Of a stretch of DNA of 64,000 nt, positions 48,643 to 57,741 are shown piece after piece. A model generated the notes under the pieces. That model was given only the letters and a program-made list of their open reading frames with translations. It did not search any database and was not told where the DNA came from. The position numbers were made by a program, and so were the translations under genes. Numbering within the stretch: the first letter of the stretch is position 1; every line of letters starts with the position of its first letter. This DNA comes from Lachnospiraceae bacterium. Its GTDB lineage: Bacteria; Bacillota; Clostridia; Lachnospirales; Lachnospiraceae. Where the stretch lies: assembly GCA_017396675.1 (NCBI GenBank), contig JAFQLB010000057.1, positions 6,771 to 70,770 on the forward strand. Direction: 5' to 3'.

Positions 48643-49317
48643 ATGCAGAATATGGTAAATGTTTATTTTTATGGAAAACAGTACTCCGTGCCCGCTGAAC
48701 TTACAATCATGACAGCAATGGAATACGCAGGTTATAAGCTGGTACGGGGCTGCGGGTGCCGTCACGGATTCTGCGGCGCCTGTGCAACAATCTACAGAAT
48801 CAAGGGAAGCAATGAATTAAAGACATGTCTGGCCTGCCAGACGCAGGTGCAGGAGGGGATGTACATCTCCACACTTCCCTTCTTCCCGGCGGATAAGAGA
48901 ACCTATGACATGGAAGAGATCAGCGCCGAGCAGCGTGTCATGATGGAGCTGTATCCGGAGATCTACAGCTGCATCGGCTGTAACGCATGTACCAAGGGAT
49001 GTCCTCAGAGTCTGGAAGTAATGCAGTACATTGCCTATGCACAAAGGGGAGACTTTGCAAAATGTGCGGAGGAATCCTTCGACTGTATCAATTGCGGGAT
49101 TTGTACCTCCAGATGTCCTGCCGGCATTTCCCATCCTATGGTAGGTGTGCTGGCAAGGCGCTTGAACGGCAAATATATCGCGCCCAAAACAGAGCATCTG
49201 GCAGAACGTGTGGAAGCCATCAACAGCGGTGCTTTCGATGAGATCATCGAAAAGGTGATGCAAAAGCCCATCGAAGAGATGAAAGAGCTCTACAACACCA
49301 GAGATATTGAGAAATAA
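48643..49317 (+). CDS. Succinate dehydrogenase/fumarate reductase iron-sulfur subunit-like protein
   Basis: An N-terminal 2Fe-2S-type Cys cluster (CGCRHGFCGACATIY...C) is followed by CIGCNACTKGCP and CINCGICTSRCP. ATG 48643 follows AAGGAAAGGA. Confidence 0.75.
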   Translation: MQNMVNVYFYGKQYSVPAELTIMTAMEYAGYKLVRGCGCRHGFCGACATIYRIKGSNELKTCLACQTQVQEGMYISTLPFFPADKRTYDMEEISAEQRVMMELYPEIYSCIGCNACTKGCPQSLEVMQYIAYAQRGDFAKCAEESFDCINCGICTSRCPAGISHPMVGVLARRLNGKYIAPKTEHLAERVEAINSGAFDEIIEKVMQKPIEEMKELYNTRDIEK

Positions 49318-49331
49318 GGAGGGAAGCGCAT

Positions 49332-50936
49332 ATGTTTACAGCAGAAATGTTGGAATCTATTAAAAAGGTAGAGGCCACAAGAGCCGCCAGGATCGGTGTG
49401 GAGCCGAGAAGAATGACGGCAGAGGAAAAAGATGAGCTTCTCCGCAAATTTCATCCGGATTACAGAGCGGAAGGATTCCAGGAAATCAAAGTCGGGCCTA
49501 ACAAAGGTGAAAAGGCGCCTTACGAGCTGGGAACACTTCTCCACTCCAACAGCCGTCTGTTGGGAGCGCCCATCAATCTGGAGAAGGTGGACTACGATGT
49601 GGACGTACTCGTGATCGGAGGAGGCGGAGCGGGTTCCTCGGCTGCCATTGAAGCACACGAAGCCGGTGCCAATGTCATGCTGGTAACGAAGCTGCGGATC
49701 GGTGACGCCAATACCATGATGGCAGAGGGCGGAATCCAGGCAGCAGACAAAGAAAATGATTCTCCCCAGCAGCATTATCTGGATGCCTTCGGAGGCGGAC
49801 ATTTTGCAGCAAGACCGGAGCTTCTTCGCCGTCTTGTCATGGAAGCACCGGACGCAATCCGTTGGCTGAACGATCTGGGCGTTATGTTTGATAAGGATCC
49901 GGACGGAAGAATGGTAACCACTCACGGAGGAGGAACCTCCAGAAAGCGTATGCATGCCTGTAAGGATTATTCCGGTGCGGAGATCATGCGTGTGCTCAGA
50001 GATGAGGTATGGAACCGTCAGATTCCCGTAGTGGACTTTACAGCAGCCGTAGAGCTGATTATGGACGATCAGGGACAGGTAGCAGGTGCCGTCCTGCAGA
50101 ATATGGAGACGGGCGTATATCTGGTGGCCAGAGCCAAGACCGTGATCATTGCAACGGGTGGCGCAGGAAGGCTGCATTATCAGGATTTTCCTACCTCCAA
50201 CCACTACGGAGCCACGGCCGACGGCCTGGTGATGGGATACCGTGCGGGAGCACCCTTGCTGTATCAGGATACCATCCAGTATCATCCTACCGGCGTAGCT
50301 TATCCTGCACAGATCTTCGGCGCTCTTGTAACGGAGAAGGTACGTTCTCTGGGAGCCATGCTGATCAATGCGGAAGGTGAAGCGTTTATGCATCCTCTGG
50401 AGACCCGTGATGTGTCCGCTGCTTCCATTATCCGGGAATGCAGGGAACGGGGGAAAGGCGTTCCCACACCCACGGGATTTGGAATCTGGCTGGATACTCC
50501 CATGATCGAAATGATTCACGGCGAGGGTACCATAGAGAAGAGGATTCCCGCTATGCTCCGCATGTATTTAAATTATGACATTGATATGAGAAAGCAGCCG
50601 ATTCTGATCTATCCTACGCTGCATTACCAGAACGGCGGTCTGGAGATCGGAGGAGAGGGCTTTACCAAGGCCATTCCCAACCTGCTGGTAGCAGGAGAGG
50701 CAGTGGGAGGCATCCACGGAAGAAATCGTCTCATGGGGAATTCCCTGCTGGATATCATCGTATTTGGCCGTAATGCAGGCAAGGCGGCAGCCGGAAAATG
50801 TAAGGAAGTGACTCTGGGAAGAATGAATCTGGATCATAGTCAGACCTATGCGGAAGAATTAAAGGCAGCCGGACTGGACACACAGGAGGTATCTCCGCTG
50901 CTTCTGCCCAAATATACATTCGGCATGCCCAAATAA
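49332..50936 (+). CDS. Succinate dehydrogenase/fumarate reductase flavoprotein-like FAD protein (soluble)
   Basis: Contains VDVLVIGGGGAGSSAA, ATGGAGRLH, QYHPTG and LMGNSLLDIIVFGRNAG. There is a roughly 85-aa N-terminal extension. No membrane-anchor gene is nearby. Confidence 0.8.
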   Translation: MFTAEMLESIKKVEATRAARIGVEPRRMTAEEKDELLRKFHPDYRAEGFQEIKVGPNKGEKAPYELGTLLHSNSRLLGAPINLEKVDYDVDVLVIGGGGAGSSAAIEAHEAGANVMLVTKLRIGDANTMMAEGGIQAADKENDSPQQHYLDAFGGGHFAARPELLRRLVMEAPDAIRWLNDLGVMFDKDPDGRMVTTHGGGTSRKRMHACKDYSGAEIMRVLRDEVWNRQIPVVDFTAAVELIMDDQGQVAGAVLQNMETGVYLVARAKTVIIATGGAGRLHYQDFPTSNHYGATADGLVMGYRAGAPLLYQDTIQYHPTGVAYPAQIFGALVTEKVRSLGAMLINAEGEAFMHPLETRDVSAASIIRECRERGKGVPTPTGFGIWLDTPMIEMIHGEGTIEKRIPAMLRMYLNYDIDMRKQPILIYPTLHYQNGGLEIGGEGFTKAIPNLLVAGEAVGGIHGRNRLMGNSLLDIIVFGRNAGKAAAGKCKEVTLGRMNLDHSQTYAEELKAAGLDTQEVSPLLLPKYTFGMPK

Positions 50937-50952
50937 AAGGAGGTAAGGATTC

Positions 50953-51795
50953 ATGCGTGAAATTCAGGCACAACAGATTACGGATGTTGTGGAAAAGTTA
51001 TGTATTGAAGCAAACCAGTTTTTGCCAAAGGATGTACAGGGCGCCATCCGACGCTGCCGTGAGTGTGAGGATTGGGATATTGCCAAAGGCGTGCTGGATC
51101 AGATCATCACCAATTTTGAAATTGCGGAAGATGAGCAGGTTCCCATCTGCCAGGATACGGGTATGGCCTGTGTCTTTCTGGAAATCGGACAGGATGTACA
51201 TATCGTTGGCGGAGATCTGAGAGAAGCGGTAGATGAAGGTGTGCGCCGCGGCTATGACAAGGGATATCTTCGTAAATCCGTTGTCAAGGATCCGGTGCGC
51301 AGAGGCAATACGGGAGACAATACGCCGGCCATGCTGTATACGGAAATCGTTCCCGGCGAGAAGATCAAGGTAACGGTGGGACCCAAGGGCTTCGGCAGTG
51401 AAAATATGAGTGCCATTCGCATGTTCAAGCCCTCTGCCGGTATCCAGGGAATCAAGGATTTCATTTTGGAAACAGTGGAAACAGCAGGACCCAATCCATG
51501 TCCTCCCATGGTGGTAGGCGTGGGAATCGGCGGTACCTTTGATAAATGTGCGCTTTTGGCAAAAAAGGCATTGATGAGAAGCACCGACATTCGGAATCCT
51601 GACCCCTATTACGCAGAGCTGGAGGCAGAAATGCTGGAGAAGATCAACAGCCTTGGTATCGGGCCCCAGGGCTTTGGCGGAAAGACTACGGCACTGGCTT
51701 TGAATATCGAAACCTTACCTACCCACATTGCGGGTATGCCTTGTGCCATCAATATCAACTGCCATGTGACACGTCATCAAACGGAGGTGATCTAG
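50953..51795 (+). CDS. fumA: Class I (Fe-S) fumarate hydratase, alpha subunit
   Basis: 280 aa. Contains PICQDTGMA and an Fe-S hydro-lyase (tartrate/fumarate) alpha-type layout. Confidence 0.85.
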   Translation: MREIQAQQITDVVEKLCIEANQFLPKDVQGAIRRCRECEDWDIAKGVLDQIITNFEIAEDEQVPICQDTGMACVFLEIGQDVHIVGGDLREAVDEGVRRGYDKGYLRKSVVKDPVRRGNTGDNTPAMLYTEIVPGEKIKVTVGPKGFGSENMSAIRMFKPSAGIQGIKDFILETVETAGPNPCPPMVVGVGIGGTFDKCALLAKKALMRSTDIRNPDPYYAELEAEMLEKINSLGIGPQGFGGKTTALALNIETLPTHIAGMPCAININCHVTRHQTEVI

Positions 51796-51796
51796 A

Positions 51797-52354
51797 ATGG
51801 AAAAACGTATTCAGCTTCCCTTAACAGAAGAAGTGGCAAAAAGTCTTCGTGCCGGCGACAGTGTATTGCTAACCGGTACCATATATACCTCCCGGGATGC
51901 CGGTCACAAGAGAATGTGTGAAACACTGGCACGTGGAGAGGAGCTTCCCTTCGATCCCAAGGATGCCACCATTTACTATGTGGGTCCTACGCCGGCCAAG
52001 CCGGGTCAGGTCATCGGATCTGCAGGTCCCACCACCAGCGGTCGTATGGATGCTTATGCGCCTACCATGATGTCCGTGGGAGCCAGAGGCATGATCGGCA
52101 AAGGTGCCAGACTTCCCGAAGTGGTGGAAGCCATGAAGAAATACAGCGGCGTATACTTCGGAGCCATCGGCGGTGCAGGCGCCCTTCTTGCAAAGTGCAT
52201 CAAGAAGTGTGAACTGATCGCATACGAGGATCTTGGAGCGGAAGCCCTTCGTGAACTGTATGTGGAGGATATGCCTCTTGTGGTCATTATCGACAGTGAG
52301 GGCCGCAATCTCTACGAAGACGGTAAGGCTGCTTATCTTTCCCGGAAGAAATAG
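51797..52354 (+). CDS. fumB: Class I (Fe-S) fumarate hydratase, beta subunit
   Basis: 185 aa. Contains GTIYTSRDAGHKR, GPTTSGRMD and GKG. It starts 1 nt after the alpha subunit. Confidence 0.85.
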   Translation: MEKRIQLPLTEEVAKSLRAGDSVLLTGTIYTSRDAGHKRMCETLARGEELPFDPKDATIYYVGPTPAKPGQVIGSAGPTTSGRMDAYAPTMMSVGARGMIGKGARLPEVVEAMKKYSGVYFGAIGGAGALLAKCIKKCELIAYEDLGAEALRELYVEDMPLVVIIDSEGRNLYEDGKAAYLSRKK

Positions 52355-52363
52355 GAGGTCTCT

Positions 52364-53488
52364 TTAGGATCCACCCAAACGCAGCATGTAAAGGACATGG
52401 GAAGCGTATTTTGAAAGCGCTTCTCTGTCCTTTTTCATTTCCTCCTTCCATTCAAAAAACAGCAGAGGAGAATCATACCTTTGTTTGAAGAAGGGAGTAA
52501 ACAGGACATCCCACTGGGGCAGATAGGAGGAATGCTTTCTCATATAACAGTTCTTGGCAGAGGCTGCTCTGCGATGGTCTTTGGCCACAAAGGAGGAGAC
52601 AGATCTGTGGATGGCAATATCCTCCTCCGGCAGATAATCGTACTCCTTATAATTGTCATAGAAATGCTTCATTTCTTCCAGGTAGATGGGAATGCGCAGC
52701 AGTGCTCTGTTTTCCTCTGCGGTAAAGAAGCAGCCATTGGCATGGAAGGAAACGGGAAGGGGCAGACGGGAGGGAAGAGAAAGCCTCAGCACCAGCTCCT
52801 GTTTTTCCCGATTTTCAAGATCCAGGTATTGATTGGTCTCTGCCTGTGTCACAAGGGGACTGTGATCAAACAGATCTGCATAGGAGAGCATGGGAAGAAG
52901 CTGTACCATTCCCTGAAGATCCTCCCGGTTGTGAAGCAGGAGAAGAGAAAGCTGCTCTGGTTCCCGCTCCTTAAGATAGCTCTTGTAAACCTTGATCAGC
53001 TGTCCGCCGTCAAATTCGTCCTCCCGATGAATCTTCATAAACTGTTCCAAAGCCTTCTGACGGCAGCTTTGCAGCCGCAGAAAGCTTTTACAGGGAAGGA
53101 TGCGTGCGTAAAGATCAATGCTGCAAAAGCCATCAAAAGGGAAAGGAATCCCATGCAGCTCCATGCGGGACTTAAGAAAGGGGAGATCAAACCTGGTTCC
53201 GTTAAAATGGATCAGTGTGGAAAAGCCGGAAAGATAGGAAGAAAGAGCCTTCAGGATATTTTTTTCTTCCCCCGGTGAATCCGCAAACCACTGGATCCCC
53301 TGCCACTGATTTTCCCCATAGAAGGCGCCGCCGATGAGGTAGACATAGGCGGATTTCGGGGAAAATCCCGTGGTTTCGATATCGAGAAAGAAGACGGAGC
53401 CGGGATCCGTGAGCGCATAGGAGGGTTGTATTTGTCCGAAAATGTAAGTATTTGTTTCCATGTCAGATATAGTATCATAATTTATCAA
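52364..53488 (-). CDS. RNase H-like (YprB-type) predicted exonuclease domain protein
   Basis: Contains FFLDIETTGFSPK, HFNGTRFDLPFL and HNREDL, with a C-terminal extension of about 170 aa. It converges on fumB with a 9-nt gap. Confidence 0.75.
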   Translation of the reverse strand: MINYDTISDMETNTYIFGQIQPSYALTDPGSVFFLDIETTGFSPKSAYVYLIGGAFYGENQWQGIQWFADSPGEEKNILKALSSYLSGFSTLIHFNGTRFDLPFLKSRMELHGIPFPFDGFCSIDLYARILPCKSFLRLQSCRQKALEQFMKIHREDEFDGGQLIKVYKSYLKEREPEQLSLLLLHNREDLQGMVQLLPMLSYADLFDHSPLVTQAETNQYLDLENREKQELVLRLSLPSRLPLPVSFHANGCFFTAEENRALLRIPIYLEEMKHFYDNYKEYDYLPEEDIAIHRSVSSFVAKDHRRAASAKNCYMRKHSSYLPQWDVLFTPFFKQRYDSPLLFFEWKEEMKKDREALSKYASHVLYMLRLGGS

Positions 53489-53611
53489 ATTACTGTAGCA
53501 TTTTTTTGAAAAACAGTGTATATTAGTAAAAAGGCATGTTCACATGCCGTGTTTTTGTGCGGCTTTTTTGTGAATGTCAATATGCGTATAGCAGAAAGGT
53601 ATGGTGTAGAA

Positions 53612-54925
53612 ATGGCAAAACTGACATTTGCCGGGGGGATTCACCCTTACGACGGGAAGGAGTTATCCAAGGATAAGCCGATTACGGATTATCTTCCCAA
53701 GGGAGATTTGGTATATCCCCTGTCGCAGCACATAGGCGCACCTGCAGCACCTATTGTAAAGCCGGGCGATCACGTCAAAACGGGACAGAAGATCGCCGAA
53801 GCAGGAGGATTTGTGTCCGCACCGGTCTACGCAACGGTTTCGGGCACCGTGAAGTCCATTGAACCGAGACGGGTCGTGGTCGGAGATAAGGTGATGTGTA
53901 TTGTGTTGGAGAATGACCATCAATACGAGGAAGTCACCTATGAACCGGGTGATCCGGAAGAAATGTCGAGGGAAGAGATCCTAAGCCGCATCAAGGAGGC
54001 AGGGATCGTGGGAATGGGAGGAGCCGGTTTTCCCACCCATGTGAAATTGTCACCAAAGGAACCGGATAAGATTGATTACGTGATTGCAAACTGTGCCGAG
54101 TGTGAGCCCTATCTTACCTCCGACTATCGCAGGATCTTAGAGGAGCCGGAGAAGGTGGTAGGCGGTCTGAAGACCATTCTGGAATTGTTTCCCAATGCCA
54201 CGGGAATTCTCGGTGTAGAGGATAACAAGCCGGACTGCATTAAGATTTTAAAGGATCTCACCAGAGATGAATCGAGAATCCTTGTTAAAGAATTGGCAAC
54301 CAAATATCCCCAGGGTGCGGAGCGGCAGTTGATTTATGCCACTACCAAGAGGAAGCTGAATTCATCGATGCTGCCTGCTGACGTAGGCTGTGTTGTGAAT
54401 AACGTGGATACGGTAGTGGCGATTTATAATGCCGTGGTTCTGGGAAGACCGCTGATGCACAGGATCGTGACGGTGACGGGAGATGCGGTTGCCGACCCCA
54501 GGAATTTCCGGGTATGCGTGGGTACCAGCTACAAAGAGCTGATGGATGCTGCGGGAGGATTGAAGGCGGAGCCGGAGAAAATCATCTGCGGCGGCCCTAT
54601 GATGGGATTTTCGCTGTTTGAACTGGATGTTCCTACCACCAAGTCTGCCTCTGCCCTGCTTTGTTTGACAAAGGATGAGGTCTCCAGGATGGAGCCGTCT
54701 GCCTGTATCAACTGCGGAAGATGCGTGGAGGCATGTCCCAGTACGTTGGTGCCCAGCAGACTGGCGGATATTGCAGAGCGTCATAATAAGGAAGAATTTG
54801 TCAGACTGGACGGCATGGAGTGCTGCGAGTGCGGATGCTGCAGCTTTATCTGCCCTGCCAAGCGCCATCTGACCCAGAGCATCAAGTCGATGCGTAAAAT
54901 AATTCTGGCGGACAGAAAGAAGTAG
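53612..54925 (+). CDS. rnfC: Rnf complex subunit C
   Basis: Starts MAKLTFAGGIHP. Contains GMGGAGFPTHVK and the ferredoxin motifs CINCGRCVEACP / CCECGCCSFICP. Confidence 0.92.
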   Translation: MAKLTFAGGIHPYDGKELSKDKPITDYLPKGDLVYPLSQHIGAPAAPIVKPGDHVKTGQKIAEAGGFVSAPVYATVSGTVKSIEPRRVVVGDKVMCIVLENDHQYEEVTYEPGDPEEMSREEILSRIKEAGIVGMGGAGFPTHVKLSPKEPDKIDYVIANCAECEPYLTSDYRRILEEPEKVVGGLKTILELFPNATGILGVEDNKPDCIKILKDLTRDESRILVKELATKYPQGAERQLIYATTKRKLNSSMLPADVGCVVNNVDTVVAIYNAVVLGRPLMHRIVTVTGDAVADPRNFRVCVGTSYKELMDAAGGLKAEPEKIICGGPMMGFSLFELDVPTTKSASALLCLTKDEVSRMEPSACINCGRCVEACPSTLVPSRLADIAERHNKEEFVRLDGMECCECGCCSFICPAKRHLTQSIKSMRKIILADRKK

Positions 54926-54936
54926 GAGGAATGAGC

Positions 54937-55869
54937 ATGAGTGAGTTAAGGAGGGTTTCATCCAATCCCCACATCCGTTCCAAGGTGCATACCGGCGGGA
55001 TTATGCTTTCGGTAGTGATCGCCCTGCTGCCGGCCGCCTGCTTTGGAATCTATAATTTCGGGATCAATGCCTTGATTCTGATCCTTGTGACTGTGGCAAG
55101 CGCCGTTTTGACGGAGCTGCTGTATGAGAAGCTGATGAAGAAGCCGGTGACTGTGGGAGATTTTTCCGCTGTGGTAACGGGACTTCTTCTGGCCTTGAAC
55201 CTTCCCGCCTCCGCTCCCTGGTGGATCGGTGCGGTAGGTGCTGTTTTTGCCATATTGGTAGTGAAGATGCTGTTTGGAGGTCTGGGACAGAATTTCATGA
55301 ATCCGGCTCTGGCAGCCAGATGCTTTTTGCTGATTTCCTTTGCCTCCATTATGACAAACTTTGAATGTGACGCCTATACGGGAGCCACCCCCCTTGCAGC
55401 CCTGAAGGCAGGAGAGAATGTGGATGTGATGTCCATGATCATCGGTACCTGTAACGGCACCATCGGAGAGACGTCCATGATCGCCATTGTTGCGGGAGCC
55501 TGCTTTCTGATTCTTCTTGGTGTCATCGATCTGCGTGTTCCGGGCAGCTATATCGTAAGCTTTGTGCTGTTTGTTGGGATCTTCGGCGGGCGGGGCTTTG
55601 ATCCGGCATTCCTTTCCGCCCATCTGGCAGGGGGCGGTCTGATGCTGGGTGCCTTTTTCATGGCTACGGATTATACCACCAGACCAATTACGAAAAGCGG
55701 GCAGTATGTTTTCGGTATTTTTCTTGGAATCATGACGGGTATTTTCCGATTGCTGGGTCCTGCTTCCGAGGGCGTTTCCTATGCCATTATCCTGGGTAAT
55801 ATTTTGGTGCCTCTGATTGAGAAAGTAACCTGGCCCAAGGGCTTTGGAACAAGGAGGGCGGCCAAATGA
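54937..55869 (+). CDS. rnfD: Rnf complex subunit D
   Basis: Polytopic membrane protein with the FMN-attachment-type motif TGATPL. ATG 54937 is better spaced from GGAGGA than ATG 54931. Confidence 0.92.
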   Translation: MSELRRVSSNPHIRSKVHTGGIMLSVVIALLPAACFGIYNFGINALILILVTVASAVLTELLYEKLMKKPVTVGDFSAVVTGLLLALNLPASAPWWIGAVGAVFAILVVKMLFGGLGQNFMNPALAARCFLLISFASIMTNFECDAYTGATPLAALKAGENVDVMSMIIGTCNGTIGETSMIAIVAGACFLILLGVIDLRVPGSYIVSFVLFVGIFGGRGFDPAFLSAHLAGGGLMLGAFFMATDYTTRPITKSGQYVFGIFLGIMTGIFRLLGPASEGVSYAIILGNILVPLIEKVTWPKGFGTRRAAK

Positions 55870-56447
55870 AACAGATGATGAAAGATACCTTTGTTATTTT
55901 TATGATTACGTTAATCTCCGGTCTGTTGCTGGGGGGTGTATACGAGATCACCAAAGCGCCCATAGCCCAACAGGAGGCGCGCAGAAAAAATGAAGCCTGT
56001 CAGAATGTCTTTTCCGATGCCGCTACGTTTACGGCTCTGGAAACAGAGAAAGAGGAGGGGAAAGCCGCTGCTGAGGTGGAAGGTGCATACGAGGCTCTGG
56101 CAGCAGACGGCAGCCTGCTGGGATATGTGGTGGAGATAGTGACCCATGAAGGCTACAACGGAGACATTCAGTTTTCCGTGGGGATCAGGCTGGACGGTAC
56201 CGTCAACGGCATTTCCCTGCTGTCCATTGCGGAAACACCGGGTCTTGGTATGCAGGCAGAGGATGTGATACAGCCTCAGTTTGAGGGAAAGACGGCATCC
56301 GTATTTGAAAGTACGAAGACAGGAGCTGTGGCGGAGCATCAGATCGATGCCATCAGCGGAGCTACGATTACCACGAACGCCATTGTAGAGGGCGTCAATA
56401 CGGGAGTGGCTTATTTTCAGACGCAGCTGTTAGGAGGTGGTCAGTGA
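55866..56447 (+). CDS. rnfG: Rnf complex subunit G
   Basis: An N-terminal anchor is followed by an FMN-binding domain with the flavinylation motif SGATIT (Ser codon at 56355). Confidence 0.9.
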   Translation: MKQMMKDTFVIFMITLISGLLLGGVYEITKAPIAQQEARRKNEACQNVFSDAATFTALETEKEEGKAAAEVEGAYEALAADGSLLGYVVEIVTHEGYNGDIQFSVGIRLDGTVNGISLLSIAETPGLGMQAEDVIQPQFEGKTASVFESTKTGAVAEHQIDAISGATITTNAIVEGVNTGVAYFQTQLLGGGQ

Positions 56448-56448
56448 T

Positions 56449-57141
56449 ATGAAGGAAGCAAAAGAGAGATTTCTAAACGGGCTTTTCAGAGAAAATCCCA
56501 CCCTGGTACTGATGCTGGGCATGTGTCCTACGCTGGCAGTCACCACATCTGCCGTCAACGGAGTGGGTATGGGTCTTACCACTACGGCGGTTCTGGTACT
56601 CAGCAATGCGCTGATTTCCATGCTGAGAAATATCATCCCCGATAAGGTAAGAATCCCTGCTTTTATCGTCGTGATCGCTACCTTTGTAACGGTGGTGGAG
56701 CTTTTGCTGGAGGGCTTTCTTCCGGCGTTGTATGATGCCCTTGGAATCTACATTCCCCTGATCGTGGTAAACTGTATTATTTTGGGAAGGGCGGAGGCAT
56801 ATGCCTCTAAGGCTGCCGTCATTCCTTCGATCTTTGACGGATTCGGAATGGGTCTGGGATTCACACTGGCGCTTACCTGTATCGGCAGTATCCGGGAATT
56901 GATCGGAATGGGAGAGGTCTTTGGCTATCGTGTTATGCCTGCCTCCTACGTGCCTTTCAGTATTTTCGTACTGGCACCCGGCGCCTTTTTTGTACTGGCG
57001 ATTCTGACGGCTATTCAGAATAAGGTAAAGATCGCCGGAGAAAAGAAGGGCAAGGATATGTCCAGGATTCAGTCAGGCTGCGGGTCGGACTGCACAAGCT
57101 GCACAGGCTGCGGCGGGGATTCCGGAAAGGGGGAGGCATAA
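56449..57141 (+). CDS. rnfE: Rnf complex subunit E (with Cys-rich C-terminal tail)
   Basis: Contains FRENPTLVLMLGMCPTLAVT and GIYIPLIVVNCIILGRAEA. The tail reads SGCGSDCTSCTGCGGDSGKGEA. Confidence 0.92.
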   Translation: MKEAKERFLNGLFRENPTLVLMLGMCPTLAVTTSAVNGVGMGLTTTAVLVLSNALISMLRNIIPDKVRIPAFIVVIATFVTVVELLLEGFLPALYDALGIYIPLIVVNCIILGRAEAYASKAAVIPSIFDGFGMGLGFTLALTCIGSIRELIGMGEVFGYRVMPASYVPFSIFVLAPGAFFVLAILTAIQNKVKIAGEKKGKDMSRIQSGCGSDCTSCTGCGGDSGKGEA

Positions 57142-57144
57142 GGT

Positions 57145-57726
57145 ATGGATGTGAAAGAATTATTGATGATCGCCATAGGCTCATCGTTGGTAAGCAATGT
57201 AGTCCTCAGTCAGTTTTTGGGTCTTTGTCCCTTCCTTGGCGTTTCCAGGAAGACGGAGACCGCGGTGGGAATGGGCGCTGCTGTTATTTTCGTAATTACC
57301 CTGGCCAGTGCGGTGACGGGTACAATTTATGAGTACGTATTGAAGCCCTTTGATATCACCTTCCTGCAGACCATCGTTTTTATCCTTGTGATCGCTGCGT
57401 TGGTGCAGTTTGTTGAGATGTTTTTGAAGAAATTCATGGTGGGGCTGTATCAGTCTCTGGGTGTGTACCTGCCGCTTATCACCACCAACTGTGCTGTTTT
57501 GGGTGTGGCATTGAACAATGTAAAATATGAATACAACGTACTGACCGGTATAGTCAACGGATTTGCCACGGCTGTCGGATTTGCCATTGCTATCGTGATT
57601 TTAGCGGGAATCCGTGAGAAGATTGAATATAATGATATTCCCCGTTCCTTTCAGGGAATGCCCATTGTTCTGATTACCGCAGGCTTGATGGCGATTGCTT
57701 TCTTTGGATTTGCGGGATTGCTGTAG
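57145..57726 (+). CDS. rnfA: Rnf complex subunit A
   Basis: Contains NVVLSQFLGLCPFLGVS and LGVYLPLITTNCAVLGV. Confidence 0.93.
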   Translation: MDVKELLMIAIGSSLVSNVVLSQFLGLCPFLGVSRKTETAVGMGAAVIFVITLASAVTGTIYEYVLKPFDITFLQTIVFILVIAALVQFVEMFLKKFMVGLYQSLGVYLPLITTNCAVLGVALNNVKYEYNVLTGIVNGFATAVGFAIAIVILAGIREKIEYNDIPRSFQGMPIVLITAGLMAIAFFGFAGLL

Positions 57727-57741
57727 GAGGAGGAGTCTGGT

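Noticed and set aside
49290-50519. 409-aa minus-strand ORF antisense to the FrdA-like gene
   Set aside because: It is a shadow ORF opposite a gene with clear flavoprotein motifs. The sequence is low-complexity and rich in His, Cys and Arg, and there is no RBS. The same reasoning applies to 36250-37296, 22357-23412, 14271-15290, 34124-35104, 21298-22140, 46917-47756 and the other long antisense ORFs in the track.
52364-53488. RNase H-like exonuclease gene between the fumarase and rnf operons considered as a mobile-element or defence remnant
   Set aside because: No integrase, transposase, repeats or toxin/immunity partners flank it, and the YprB-type family is a common chromosomal gene in Firmicutes. 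Its only notable feature is the 9-nt convergent spacing with fumB.
53568-53585. TTGTGAA half-site upstream of rnfC considered as a second Rex box
   Set aside because: Only the left half matches. The right half (AATATGC) has no similarity to TTCACAA or TTAACAA.
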